Source: Antedon mediterranea
Taxonomy: Eukaryota; Animalia; Echinodermata
Length of the DNA: 64,000 nt
NCBI RefSeq assembly: GCF_964355755.1
Contig: NC_092675.1
Coordinates: forward strand, 19,254,912-19,318,911
Direction of reading: 5' to 3'
Part shown: one piece after another, positions 13,127 through 26,509 of the stretch
Numbering within the stretch: the stretch's first letter is position 1
Layout of the letters: every line of letters starts with the position of its first letter
Notes under the pieces: model-generated
Told to the model about the DNA's origin: nothing
What the model saw: the letters and a program-made list of their open reading frames with translations, nothing else
Databases searched by the model: none
Made by a program: the position numbers and the translations under genes

Positions 13127-13457
13127 AGATGTATTGTCCCGCTGAAAATATTTTTTTACATTTTGTTTGTTGCATATGCCATTTTAATGTCACATAATAG
13201 TTATCCACTTTGACCAAAAAAATTGGATCTAAAAAAAAATATTTACCTTAAAAAACTGTAATTTAAAGCAAAAAATGGCTAAATTAGCTGCCAGCCAATG
13301 GATTTTTAGTTGAATTTAACCATTTATTATGTTATTTTATAAGTAAAAACATTTTTTCTACAGAAGTGATTAACTTTATTAAAACTACAAAATAACCTAT
13401 TCAAAGTCTGATTTAAATAATCTTCATTTTTCATGTTTTTTGGGGGACAATACATCT
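13127..13457. mobile_element. Non-autonomous DNA transposon, Kolobok-like (TTAA TSD, AG...CT termini)
   Basis: Perfect 14-bp TIR AGATGTATTGTCCC / GGGACAATACATCT with TTAA on both sides (13123-13126, 13458-13461); 331 bp. Confidence 0.85.
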
Positions 13458-13723
13458 TTAATATTTCATTATTTTTTAACTATGCAACTGTTTAGTTTTA
13501 TTGTTCATTTTATATTCTTTTATATATTTTGTTTGTGTTACTACTGCTTTGTTATTGTTAGAGCATTCACAGATAGTGTAATCATATTACAGACATAAAT
13601 AATTGAAACTTTCATTTTGTAAAATTTATTAATATAATAAACTGAATTTTAAATAATTATTATTAAACAAATATTTTGTAGTGCTAAAAAATGGAAAAAC
13701 TTATTTTAAATACCAAAATATTA

Positions 13724-13898
13724 AAATTATATATATTGGTAATAAGTCTCAAATTATAATTTATATATATTGGTGAAAGTCTTAAATTATATATATTGGT
13801 GAAAGTCTCAAATTATATATATTGGTGAAAGTCTCAAATTATATATATTGGTGAAAGTCTCAAATATATATATTGGTGAAAGTCTTAAATTGTATATA
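13724..13898. repeat. 26-bp minisatellite, ~6 copies
   Basis: Unit aaattatatatattggtgaaagtctc repeated in tandem. Confidence 0.9.
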
Positions 13899-16800
13899 AT
13901 TATTGTACAACAATTCTGTAATAGTAATTTACTACTGATACTGCAATTAATTGTATTTTGAAATAGTTGAAACATCAAACTTTGACTTAAATTAGTATTT
14001 CTATATTTTTTTAATAATATTTTGAATGAATAACTGAACTAAAAATAATTGTTATTTTGTTTTTCCTTCAGTATACCACCTGTGATATTATAACTTTGAA
14101 GAATTGAAAAGTTATGCTTTATTCTCCATGTGTAGGCATCTTATTAATAATCATGTTGTAATCATACGCCACTGTATTATTACTTGTAACAGTAGCATCA
14201 ATACCTCATTACCAAAATGTACTTTACATAATGTTATTGTTTGAAAGAATAGCAATACACATTATAATTTGAAATAATATAACGACTTTGATACACAATC
14301 ATATAAAGTTTCACTATACATCCCATGGCACTTTATCTTGTCAGAGAAACTCTACAATGCCCGACATAAAGACCGAGATCAAAGTCTGACATTGTAAAGA
14401 AAAAACAATACTATAAACTACAATGCTATGTTTTATTGCAGGGAAGATCGTCGGATAGATAAAAATTGTAAAACGATATCCAAATAAAACGTCTGTCATT
14501 GTTAACACCATCTGTTACGAGAAAATAAAAATGAGCCTTACATAGCATCCGGATGCGAGCATCAGCTCCGACGCACCTTATTGTTCGGTTGGTCATATTT
14601 CATTTTTGTAAAAAATAATCCTCAATGTCCCGTGGGCTGAGACGAAATAATGTAGGCATAGCATTCTAATGGTGTTTGTCTGTTCGTTGTGTAATTCAAT
14701 TGCGATTAAATTACTATTTTAATATTGAGTTTGTTTTATTTTCATCAAGTGGAGAATAACAAAAGAATTGCAACACATAAAATCTTACAAGAAAAAAAAA
14801 TACGTTTAGTGATTAAGCACTCCATCAGCAAGATAGTGATAGTAGCAAAGAGGATGCCATAAATCTCAATGTTTTATTTCTGTTTTTGTATACAAAGAAC
14901 AAAAACCACACAAGAATTCACAGAAATTTCTGAATGTATAAGAATTTTCAAACAATGGATACTTAAAACATGGAGGGAAAAAAAATTATTTTTTCCTCCA
15001 TGCTTTGAATAAGTGGCAATTAATGTGGTCTTTTTTAAAAAAAATAATAACTGAAACAAGCTACTGACAATAAACATCAGGAAGTAAATAGTAAATATTA
15101 ATATAATATTTAATACATATCTCTTTAATCTGATGACAAATAATAAGTGTAGTAAAACCATTTTGTATATTTACAATATGGTTGATTTTGGAAGATGGGA
15201 TAAGAACATTGGTGGTCATTAACCTACAACATATCCATTTATCAAGAGGCATGTAATTAGTCTAAAACGTTTGACCCCTTTCAACTGGTTGGACTAGTCA
15301 AGTTGTTAAAATAACAATGGAAAATTAATAGGTCAACAAACCTAAATTCAAACATTAATCCATTACTTAAATGTTATGTTGTATAACCAGTAAAAGATGG
15401 CGCTTCAATGATAATAATCAATCACAATCATAATCAATCATACATCAGCATTTAGTTTGTAGATACATTCAGGACTCTGGAGAACCTCACAGACACCTTA
15501 TTTCCTGAAGATATCCCAGCATACTGTGAATACTCTTTATTTAAAGAACATATTTTACAAATTTGATCTTGTACCTATCACTACAATAATTCCAAAAACA
15601 CACTTGGTATGTCTAGAACATGTTCTTTATTAATAATGTGTAATACTTTTGGAAGAAGAAAAAAAGTATTAAATGAAGAAAAACCTTGCGGCAAAATACT
15701 AAGAGGATAACATTAACCTACAACTTTAGGTCCTATCCCAAAGGACAAGGTTTGACAAGACTTACAATAATTTGAGAAGCATGTGCTTGTGAATACTTAA
15801 AACAACTACCCCCTGATGACATTGATTTATGTACAATTGCCTGCTAAAATGACATCTTTAGACTCCTGCATGGGCCATTTACATCTTGGTGTTCAGGCCT
15901 AGAAATGTCTACCATGAGCTGATCTCAGTTATGAATTTAACTTTGAATTTAAAACAATAATATATTTGCATTTGAAAATTTCAACTATTTTAGGAAAGTC
16001 ATGAACCAAACTGCAATAAATATTAAACATTTTAATATGATTTTTATTATAAATGTAAGAAATGTCTAGACTTTTTCTGTATTCGCTTAATAATGATTAA
16101 TCTGACTGCTATGATAAATAATTCATTAATTTTCTTGTTTAAAGGTTAAATTACTTAAGCTAATAATACATTGAAAGACAGTGATAATAACAATCACAAT
16201 CACATCAATTTTAGTATTTTATAAGATCTTATATGTTTGTATAGCACATTGACTCAAATATAGGTCTTTGTATCATAAAGTCAATTTTACATTCAAGTAT
16301 ACGTCATCATCATATCTACAGCTAAAGGCAGTTGAAGTAGGCCTAATGAATTAAAAACTATTTCACAATCAGCTGATCCATTAATGAATTAAGAAATGTT
16401 TTACATGAATTCAAAGAGCAAACCAAAAATAATTTATTCTTGGTATTTACTAGCAAGCACACCCAATAAATTGACATAAAATACCTTTTTGTTACCATTT
16501 TAGTTTGTTATATTACCCTACAGGTAAACCAATTAAAAATTTGAATTCCGAATTAGTCAAAGTGCTAAAATATACATTTTACTCACAATTTAATATTGAA
16601 CATGATTTTAATGAATAATTAATCACGATATAATTATCAGATCTGGTTTATTTTACAGGTGTTTTTTCTCTTAATTAAAGATGAATCATCAGCTGATATA
16701 GATTATAATTCCACAGTGGTTACACTATCTGCAAAGGTCAAAGGCCAGAGCTGTATAACCAGTGTTAGGTCAGTGACATTTGTCTAAGGGTGATACTGTT

Positions 16801-18941
16801 GCACATGTGTCTGACATATCCCAATACCTTGACCAAAGCTATGCATTTGGTTTATTGGGTGATAGAATTGTATAGAAACTTGCAAGAGAAACAATGAAAT
16901 AACACAGCAGTTCTCATCAATCTCCTTTATATTCTCACTTTATTTGACATTAATATATCAAAGCATATCAACCTCTCACTAATGAGTTTCTTCACTTCTG
17001 GGGATAATTTTTCTTTTGTATATTTGTGGCCATGCTGCTACTGAAGGTATTGGCTTCTAAATACTAAAATACATTTATTTAATAATAAAAATATTTAAAA
17101 TTGTTTGTGATTTTTATCCTATGCTGAATTTCTGCTAAAAAAACCAAATAAAATAAAATAAATGTTTGGTCACAAACTATAAACATCATTAAAAGGTTGA
17201 TTCAAAATTGATTGATGCACTTTTAGAAACTGTATTGCAAAGATATTTACATTTTTTTAAATGTTTGCTTAAAATAAACATAATTTATCCATCATCCACA
17301 GGCCCTATAGTATATATTTGCTCTGGCATTATTAATTTTCCACACATATAGGTCAGTACAATATTATAACTATGAATTTTAAGTAATGCTTTACGACCAT
17401 CATCCAATAAAAAGTCTAAATCCCATGACCAAAATAAAATTATCCAGTCTGTTTAGTAGGCCTATATGTATAGTAATTCATATTTTCCTTTTCAGACTAT
17501 AGTAATCTCCCTTTGTTTTAGAAGCTATATCTATTACTTTTACTTTCAAACATAGGATACATTTCTTCTTGATTGATCTCTACTTACCAGGATAAACCTA
17601 TCTTTTCATCAGCATATCTTTTTTTTATACTGGGATATGGATCTCTGTAACGAGTGATATGAAATTATTTCTGGTTATCCGATAAGTAGCGAGCTTGACT
17701 AGGAGGATATGCTTATCTATTTATCATTTGTCATCCTTCCATATGCTCACATTTACATAAACACAGTTTCAGTGGGGGAAATAGTCTAAGAATATTACAG
17801 AATAATCTATGGTTCTTTAAAAGATTTAAAATATAACTAAAGTGAAACTTTTGAGTACAGTTTTGACTATATTGGACTTTTATAGGCTTGCAATTGCAAT
17901 AATTCATATTGCACTGTATTTATTTACACAATATGTAAACAAATAAGTACAGTAATTTAAAATATTTAGATAAAAATGGCTTTCAAACTGCACAACCCAT
18001 ATATACAAAATACAAATATATACCAAAATGCACTTTGACATTTAAACGCTTTTTTTCTGAAGAATAAAAATTTTCAATAAAGAATATTTCTTTAGCAAAC
18101 TAATCTAAGCTACTGTCTGTATATATACATTTGCTCTTTTCTTTGTTGAATTTGATGTCTGTTTGTGTATAGGAATTAAATAGCACAATGCAAAAGACTA
18201 CAAAATAGAGTAATTACTCTGGAAAAAATAAACCTGAATTATTTACAGATGAGGTAAAAGCATGCTTTTCTGTTTAAATCATGACCAACTAACAACCGCA
18301 AAGATTCTATATATGCCACCGGAAAGCCTTTAAAAGCAAGCTTGAATACTCAGTCTAACAGCAACGAGACTGATAAGGTGTTACATTAATGTACGTTAAA
18401 TCCGGAGCACTTGAAAATTTGCAAAAAAATCAGAGGAATGCGGTAATTCTAAGTACAAGTTAAATCAATCAGGCATCATTGGTGCTTCTACACCGTGTGT
18501 AACGCATAAGAACCCCAATAAATTGAGGATTAAAATATCTAGGATTTGCTAATTAATAGTCCATCTCTAATGAATCATTTCTAAATGGCGAGTTGTTGCC
18601 ATGAATTTAAAACTGTCCATCAATCAGTACTTTGTTTACTACTCTCTTTGCTAACTCTGTTTTTTGATGGAGAAAGGACATTTGACTTTACAAAAATTCA
18701 AGTGAATATCACGGTACAAGTATAATAAATGGCAATGTATTTAAAGAAACATGTCAAAGTACCTTCTTTACTTTTTAATTTGATGATTCAGAAAAATAAG
18801 TGGATTTTAATTAAACACTAAAAAATAAAAGTAACAAAAACATGATGTTTAGACATATAGTCTACTTTAGCTTCCATGTCCTAAATGAGTCCTATCTAAT
18901 TTAGATCAATTAAGCATATTTTTGCGCCTATCACAAATTAC

Positions 18942-19860
18942 CATCTATAAAGCTGTAATATGACACCGGCACGAAAAACATGATAATCTCCAAAATCGTA
19001 AAATTACCTGAATTTACCTGGTTTGTAGAACAATCTTGATGAATATACATCAACAGCTCTACGTTCAACTGGGAATATTAAATTTCAAAAAAAGTATTCC
19101 ACATGATATACTTTATTTGATGATATACACGTTTTACTAATAATAAGGCGACAATTGATAGAATCTAGTTATATCTTAGGGCCTGTTCGTAGGGGTTGAA
19201 AATACCAGCTTATTCCCGATTTCCGTTCGCGTGGCCCAATTAACTTTTGCCTCAGGCTACAAAAAATTCGAGGTAAAATGTTCACCAAATTTGCAGGTTA
19301 TTTCAGCGATAATCCAATTATACTCGGCCTTCGAGGATAATAAATCTCCGATAGAGGCAATGTGTCAAATTTTGACAAACGTTCGCTGCCTAGGCCCGTC
19401 ATTTCTCCTACGAAGCTCTTCCATACACGCTTCGAGAGCGATCGTCAGCTGGTGCTGTCCTTGTTGGTGTAGACCGTTTAGGAATACACCCCGTTTAGTA
19501 GTAGGCCTAGCTGGTCGGTGGTGTTTCCGTCGTGTAACATTGGGCTCAAATTCTTCGTCAATGAGTAAAATAATGGTCGTCAGGAGAAGGCATATTTCGG
19601 CAGGATTATCGGCGTTAAGAGGCATAAGGTTTGTCGCAAGGATAAGCAGTGTAAAAGGTAGCAAGTAATTGTTATTGTAAAGAAAGATCGCGAGTAAAAA
19701 ATATACAACACGAAACTAGCGTGCGAAAATGGGGTCGTAGGTTGTAAAGACAACTGACCTTAAAACGTAATTTCCGGTTTGTGATTCGTCGATTAAGCAT
19801 TTAAGCGGTTAAATATTTCAAGTACGAACAACGCTCAATTTATAACCCGAGGCATGGGTG
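18942..19860 (-). promoter_or_regulatory. CpG-rich candidate promoter and long 5' exon of unc5
   Basis: Marked CpG/GC enrichment over the flanks. Minus-strand initiator-like TCAGTT at 19757-19752, ETS-like CCGGAA just upstream (19777-19771), and candidate splice donors after 19018, 19008 and 18942. Confidence 0.6.
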
Positions 19861-21703
19861 AAATTAAGCGCTTATTTTAACCACCGTACGAACACGACCT
19901 TATTTGAAAATGAACAACACAGAGTTCTAAAGCCTGTTAAATCATTCATATGGAAATTAGTTTTTGGAACTTTATCGTTTTTTAAAATAAGAACCAAAAA
20001 GAATAACAACAAAATAGCAAATCCCAAAGAGCTCTTTGGCAAACATGTTTTCTCTTTTATTTCTTGAAAAGAAATGATGATAGTGGTTTGTGGGGATACT
20101 CTCACTTGAGGGCATGGTTTATGGACTGTATCATTAATGGATAGGGGTATTCAATGAATCTTTTACTTTTGTATATTGCGTTCTTCGAGGAGAATAGGGC
20201 ATTTTTCGTTTTATCTAGGTAAGCTAGGCACGAAATAAACTTTAAAATTAAGATTCTGGAAAATCATTAAAAAAACATGAGAAATAAATCCTTAATATTC
20301 CTAGCTATTCTATCTAGCAAAAAAATAACTAGGTAGCACAGTAAAATGTATACTGTAAGAACAGAAACAGAATATTGCTGTATTTTTTATACTTGTATAT
20401 ATTGTTGTAGACAAAAAAACAGAACAAAATAGTAAAAAACAAGGAAGAAAGATAACATGATGAAAGTTGGTACAACATGTATTGTTTAATTTAACATGGA
20501 AAACAATATTTGAAAGATAAATTGATATGATACAAAGCCAACAAATATTGTAAAGTTAACATGATTTTTATTCTACAAATTCAATTTGTTCATTACAATT
20601 GTTTATTGCATTGAACATTTTTATTACAACAAGATCAATCTTTGTATTCACCATACATACAAAATATGCCAGAACAATGGAGTTGGAGAAACATGAAAAT
20701 GCATTAGTGAAATACAGCACAAATGTCCTCACTTTTAAATAGAAATAGACTGAACAACGAAGGTGTTGTGACTAAAGATATTCCAGCACATAATTTATAA
20801 AATTCAAAGTAGACACTTTTATTACATTTAACAGCAGAATCGCTGAGTCATCAGTATTTCTGCGTTTCAAACTTCTTTGCTTCAGATGACCAAAAATCCA
20901 ATTGTACATAAAATTAAACGACTGTTTGTTACTTGTTTCTTGAAAAAAATGAATTTAACTACAATTTTTAAAGCAATAAAAATATTAAACAAAGCCTGTA
21001 AATGATAGTTGATAGATAGATATGCGTAATGACATTGAAATAAATGTGGTTTTTAATAACTTTTGGGAATAAAAGACATTTATAAGCATTGATTTTAACG
21101 AGATTGAAGTTGGTATGAAAAATTAGTAGCAATCAAATTAATTCAATAAAATTATATTACTACTTGATTTTCAGTCAATGAGATATTTTTAGATTTGAAC
21201 ATTTCATATAAGAGGGTAGATACAGTAATATGTTGATACATTTTGCAAACATTTCATACACATCCAACAGCAAGTACCTCACAAATTACATAAGGTATCA
21301 ACTATATCATGCTTAAAACGAACATTTGAGGCTTCAGGATGTGTAGTAAACAATCTGTACACTAGGTTAGGTTTGATCCCCGGAACTTTGAATGCTAGCA
21401 TGTTATAGCTTTATCCCATAACTAAGTAAATATTATGATAAAATAGATAGAAAAATCTTTTTAATTATCCCTTTTAGTTATTGTCGATAAATTCTACCAT
21501 GGATGTTGACAACTATCAATGTTTTTATGTATTTTATATTAATATTTGAACTATTAAAAGTTATAACCATTGATTAATATTTGATAAATTGCATTATACT
21601 GTATATATTATTTGATTTAGTTCCAATTGTAAAACACAAAATCACCTTGAATGACTAACGACAGTCAATCATAAAAGAAAGATAAGTACGAGTACTTAAC
21701 TAC

Positions 21704-21960
21704 CTAGGCAGTAATATGAACAAGTATACTAACAATACATTTTTATCACGCGATAAACTTATCTATAAGCAACCAATCAATCCACAATACAAATATAAAG
21801 TTGATTCGGTGGTCACAGACTGCAAGCACGGACCTGCCCGTCGAATTCCGCGACTGCGAGTGAAGCTGTTCAAAATTGATTGACACCTACGATAAGCTGA
21901 ACAAAAGATTCTTTCCGGATCCACTCAGGAATAACTGATTATTTATTTGATATAACTTAA
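21704..21960 (-). promoter_or_regulatory. Second CpG-rich patch, possible alternative promoter/non-coding first exon or enhancer
   Basis: CpG cluster at 21810-21930, minus-strand TCAGTT at 21938-21933, weak donor CTAG|gtagtt after 21704. Confidence 0.35.
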
Positions 21961-22681
21961 TATAAAACAATTTTATACGTCAGTCAACAACGATGACCTT
22001 ATTTGAACTTAACACAACTTTTTTGTGTTTCGCAAAAATAATAAACGACTCGTAAAAGGATAGTATCCGTAATTTTATAGTACTATTGGTAGATGGAACA
22101 CATTTCTGTGTGAAGTTTTGAGACAATAAATAGTGATGGAATGCTATTCATATTTGATTAAAACACGACAGACATTACACGTATATCATGAACACTTATT
22201 GATACAATTTTCACACACTCGCACAATTGGAATTTCATGAAAATATACCTATAAATAACTAATACATTTTATATTTCAAAAAATCAATTATAATAACACG
22301 GTATTAATAATACATTTTAACTTAATAAGTAATATATTTTAATATTTATATATTTCTACAAGTGATAAATACAATATGTGAAAAAATGACAATAAAACTG
22401 ACTATATCTTAAGAAATTTACAATAATATTGATAAAAACTCAAAATTTAATTTAAGTTAATTTTCAATTTAAAATATTAATGTTTAAATGGAATATTTGC
22501 ATGACTATTTTGTAAAATAACTTGAATGTATCTCTTTTGTTAAATTATAATTATTTTTACAGGTGCGGGTACACGCAATTTTTAAAATTCTATCAAAGGA
22601 ATTTAGTAATTTTTAACTTTTTTAAAAGCGTGCATGTAACAAGTCCAATTATTTATCAATCACATACAGAATGTTGCAGAG

Positions 22682-23563
22682 TGTAGTATATGCACGCGCA
22701 CATATATATATGCGTACTGCGCATATGCTCTGACGAGTTGAGCCTACAAAACGTTCTATACTATTGTTCATGACTACTAGTTGGTTTCATTAAATACGTT
22801 CATTATTATACTCATCTCAACGTACTTATTAATTTGTCTACGACGATACACGACACTGGCGACGTAATTAGTGTTGAGGATGGCCGAGTGTGGAAAAGAC
22901 ACATTGACCAGTTGAAAGCGACAGACGCGGACGCTTACGCGAGTAAAACCCCTACCTTACATAGCGAGTTGGAACACAAGATTAAACAGACAGTACCAAT
23001 AACGATTGCGAGCGAAACGATTGCGAACAAAGAGCAAACATCCACCAACCAACCGGTTGAAGAGGAACATAGATTGTCTTCATCGCCTGAGGTTATTCCA
23101 CGACGCTCCACGCGACTTCGAAGGAAGCCAACACGACTTATCGAAGAGATATAGAACTTGTGAACAATGTTATTATTATGAACGTTAAAGTTATGTTGTT
23201 CATGTTTTTACACAAAATTATAATGGTGAGAATTACTCACATTTGTTAATTATTATGAGGAACCAAATAAGAACTATCTGGAACTATAGAAGCAGTAATT
23301 TAATCACGATGATTAACCTATTTGATTAACAAAATAATTAACGAAAGTTTATTGTGCTTATTGATATAATGTTAATAATAAAGGAGGAGTGTAGTATATG
23401 CACGCGCACATATATATATGCGTACTGCGCATATGCTCTGACGAGTTGAGCCTACAAAACGTTCTATACTATTGTTCATGACTACTAGTTGGTTTCATTA
23501 AATACGTTCATTATTATACTCATCTCAACGTACTTATTAATTTGTCTACGACGATACACGACA
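22682..23563 (+). mobile_element. Miniature non-autonomous LTR retrotransposon (TRIM-like, derived from a Ty3/Gypsy Mag-type element)
   Basis: Two identical 174-bp LTRs with TG...CA ends (22682-22855, 23390-23563), PBS TGGCGACG (22857-22864), PPT AAAGGAGGAG before the 3' LTR, and flanks CAGAG/CAGAC (5-bp TSD with one mismatch). Confidence 0.93.
22870..23154 (+). pseudogene. C-terminal remnant of Gypsy pol (integrase tail)
   Basis: VEDGRVWKRHIDQLK and PRRSTRLRRKPTRLIEEI* match the W.RH.DQL and RRS.R....P.RL motifs at the end of Mag-type Gypsy polyproteins; no ATG start and no upstream domains. Confidence 0.85.
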
Positions 23564-23904
23564 CAGACTATATATATGGGTTAATAAACATGAATATAAA
23601 TACAATTTTGTATTTAATTTCATCAGGAAATAGCTCTTCAATCTTAATTTATAAGTTAACTCAAGGTTATAATGTTTTATTCACATTTGTTCTCTATTTA
23701 TCGATGGCATTGAACAAGTGGATTAGATGAATGATATTGTGACATGGTGATTGTATTTGACAGGACCTGAAATGGCACTTGGGTTAGAGCATGGTGTAAT
23801 ATGTATAAGCCAACAGTTGATAGCTATTGTATTGTAAGCTGTCAAGCACTCCTTGATGATAGAAAACCTGAATAAATAAAGTCATAACATAAAATAAAAA
23901 TGTA

Positions 23905-24116
23905 TTTAAAATTTGAACCCCTTACTCAGGGGGATCACATCATTTATGACCAGATGCAGGATTTTAGTTGAGTTGAGTTGAGAAAGAATTAGTTATTGTG
24001 CGGCCAATTTCATTGGTGGACTTAAATGATAGATACCACTCAGGGGACACCACCCCTATTCAAATGACGTCAATATTAAAGGAACACTTTATTGGGTGGC
24101 AAAGAGGTTCTATTGT
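23905..24116. mobile_element. Degraded Tc1/mariner (pogo/Tigger-like) MITE
   Basis: Right end gaggttctattgta resembles the reverse complement of the TA-CAGTGGAACCTC-type terminus; left end gaacccct...caggggg; internal aggggacacc. Confidence 0.4.
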
Positions 24117-26509
24117 AATAAAGAGTTGAAAATGCAAGAAAAAGAAGTTCGAAAAGTTAAATATATTTGATAATCTTAGAGAATGAATAATAATTGGCAG
24201 TCAGTGCAAGCCAGCAACACGAAGTTAATATCCAATACTGTTTTCAAGTCAATAATTTCTGAACGAAATTAAAGACACTGTTGGCTTTAATTGAAAATAC
24301 CAAATCTGGCAGGCAATGAACAAGATCTTTTAAGGGCATGGAAGATATGTAAAGTTTGATAATAGCAACCAGATGAAAATGACAGTTCTGTAAAGGATAA
24401 GAAATTGCGAAGAATATCAGGTACAACAAAAACTGTCAACTATATTGATAGAATTGCTATTATGAATAAAAAGCATTTAGGACATTTATTTTATCATATC
24501 TGAAATATATTCAATATATTTTGGTTTATTAAATTAGCTGAGAATAAAAATCACTTTGGCACTCTTCACAGTTGATTTATTACTAAGATTTAGAACCTTA
24601 AAACTATTAATATCATGGTGCAGCAACTGCCTACAGGTTGTGATTTGTCACGGGTGACTGGTTCGATCACTACAAATGTCATTTACGTTTGTGTGCCATC
24701 TCAATGCATTTATCTCACTGTGTAACATTGCGACATAGTTTTTAAACTTTAAGTGATCATCACAGGTATACAATATTGAATACAAGGATTTTCTGGGAAG
24801 TATCCATGTACAGTCCTAAGTGTACATTTCTTTTTGTTCCATCCAATGTCAGATATCTTGCTACATATTCCTTGAACAATGTTGTAAACAATCCAGGTTG
24901 TATGTAATCATATGTGAGGTACAGTCACTCTTATTATCAAAACAGGTTAAAATGTATACGTGCGAAGATTTGTTTAAAACCTTCGTTTTCTGAAACTCTA
25001 CGCAATGACTTTAGCTAGAATTGTCTCACTTTTCACTTTTTTATGACTTAAACTTGACCTAAATAACAAATGAATCCTATAACTTTTAATTCACTGATAT
25101 TTAAACCCAACACGAACAGCATTTAAAATAGCTAGCAAACTTGAATAGGTTGAATATCTTAAGAAAAAAGAAAACTTAAATGTCACGACTAACAGTCAGA
25201 ACAACTTGGATTAGTTCTAAAGTAACCTTAAATAATTGCCAATATTACATATTTTCATGAGCCAATTAATCACTATGATTGGGCAGTTAGATTTTCTTAA
25301 AGAGGAGAAGAAAATATTGAATGTCTTAAAAGATTAAACATTGGATAATATCTGAAATTCAGAGAATTAACCTAGACATAATCTGATGTTGAAGAGAAAA
25401 CAATCACGAAGTAGTTGATTGCTCATACATTGCGTTGAATGTTAGTATATTGGATTAGTATCTTAAGGTGAAAATGTTACCTACATTCACACTACACAAG
25501 AAAATATACAACAATACACAGGTGTATGGCTTAATTACAACAATGAACAATGTGAAAAAGAACTAGTGATAATGGTTATGGGATCATATCCCATCTATAA
25601 CAATTAATAGGTCTCGGATTAATGGTAATCCTGAAAAATGATACAGAAAAAATCACAAGATAAATGGACATAAACAGGTGAAAGAACATAGGTTTATGGG
25701 TCAGGACATACATAGGACAAAGAACACAGGCTGATGATACAAAAAAAACATTATTAACAATACAAGAAAATGACTGAAATATGCAGGTGTTCAAAGCATG
25801 CTAGACAGACAAATGTTTTGGACTAAAAAAACATATTTTTTACACAACAAAATTATCAAATCAAACTATTATTCTATGTTGTTTATGTTTTATATGTTAG
25901 TTTGAACATGTTCCTCCATTTGAAATAATTGATTGTAAGATTTAATTGTAGAAGAATATAAAATAATATAATCAAGTCTCTCTATATATTTTATTGCTTG
26001 GGAATGGTTGGGAAACGAGACAAGTTTCCCATGCAATAAACCAATCAGATAATGTTAACAAACTTTATAGATTTTGAAAATCTATTGTTTTTGTTGCTTT
26101 ACATATAAAAAAAGATTGCAATTGAAAAAACTGATTGTTTGATTAGTGTACACTTTGAAATATTGAAATAAAAATATAGAATATCATAATAAAAGTCAAC
26201 ACAAAACAAATGAAGGAACACCCATCATATCATATACAAGGAAAAGAACAGATGTACAAATATATCTCTACAGACAATGATGATAAAAATGTGTGGTGTA
26301 GTCCGTCTGGTGGTCTACGCTAATGAATCACAATCAAAACTATAAACAATAAGTTGTAAAAAATACCAATCAACATATGCTCTATATAAATATCAACTTT
26401 TAAAATACCAATGGTTCTCTGTAATGATCATGAAATTCATTTAATTAAAATTGTACTACATCAATTATATCACACAGCAAAATTTGAAATTCTAAGCAAG
26501 AAAAAAAAA

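Noticed and set aside
19231-19668. 145-aa plus-strand ORF
   Set aside because: GTG start, no recognisable domain; expected by chance in the GC-rich promoter region.
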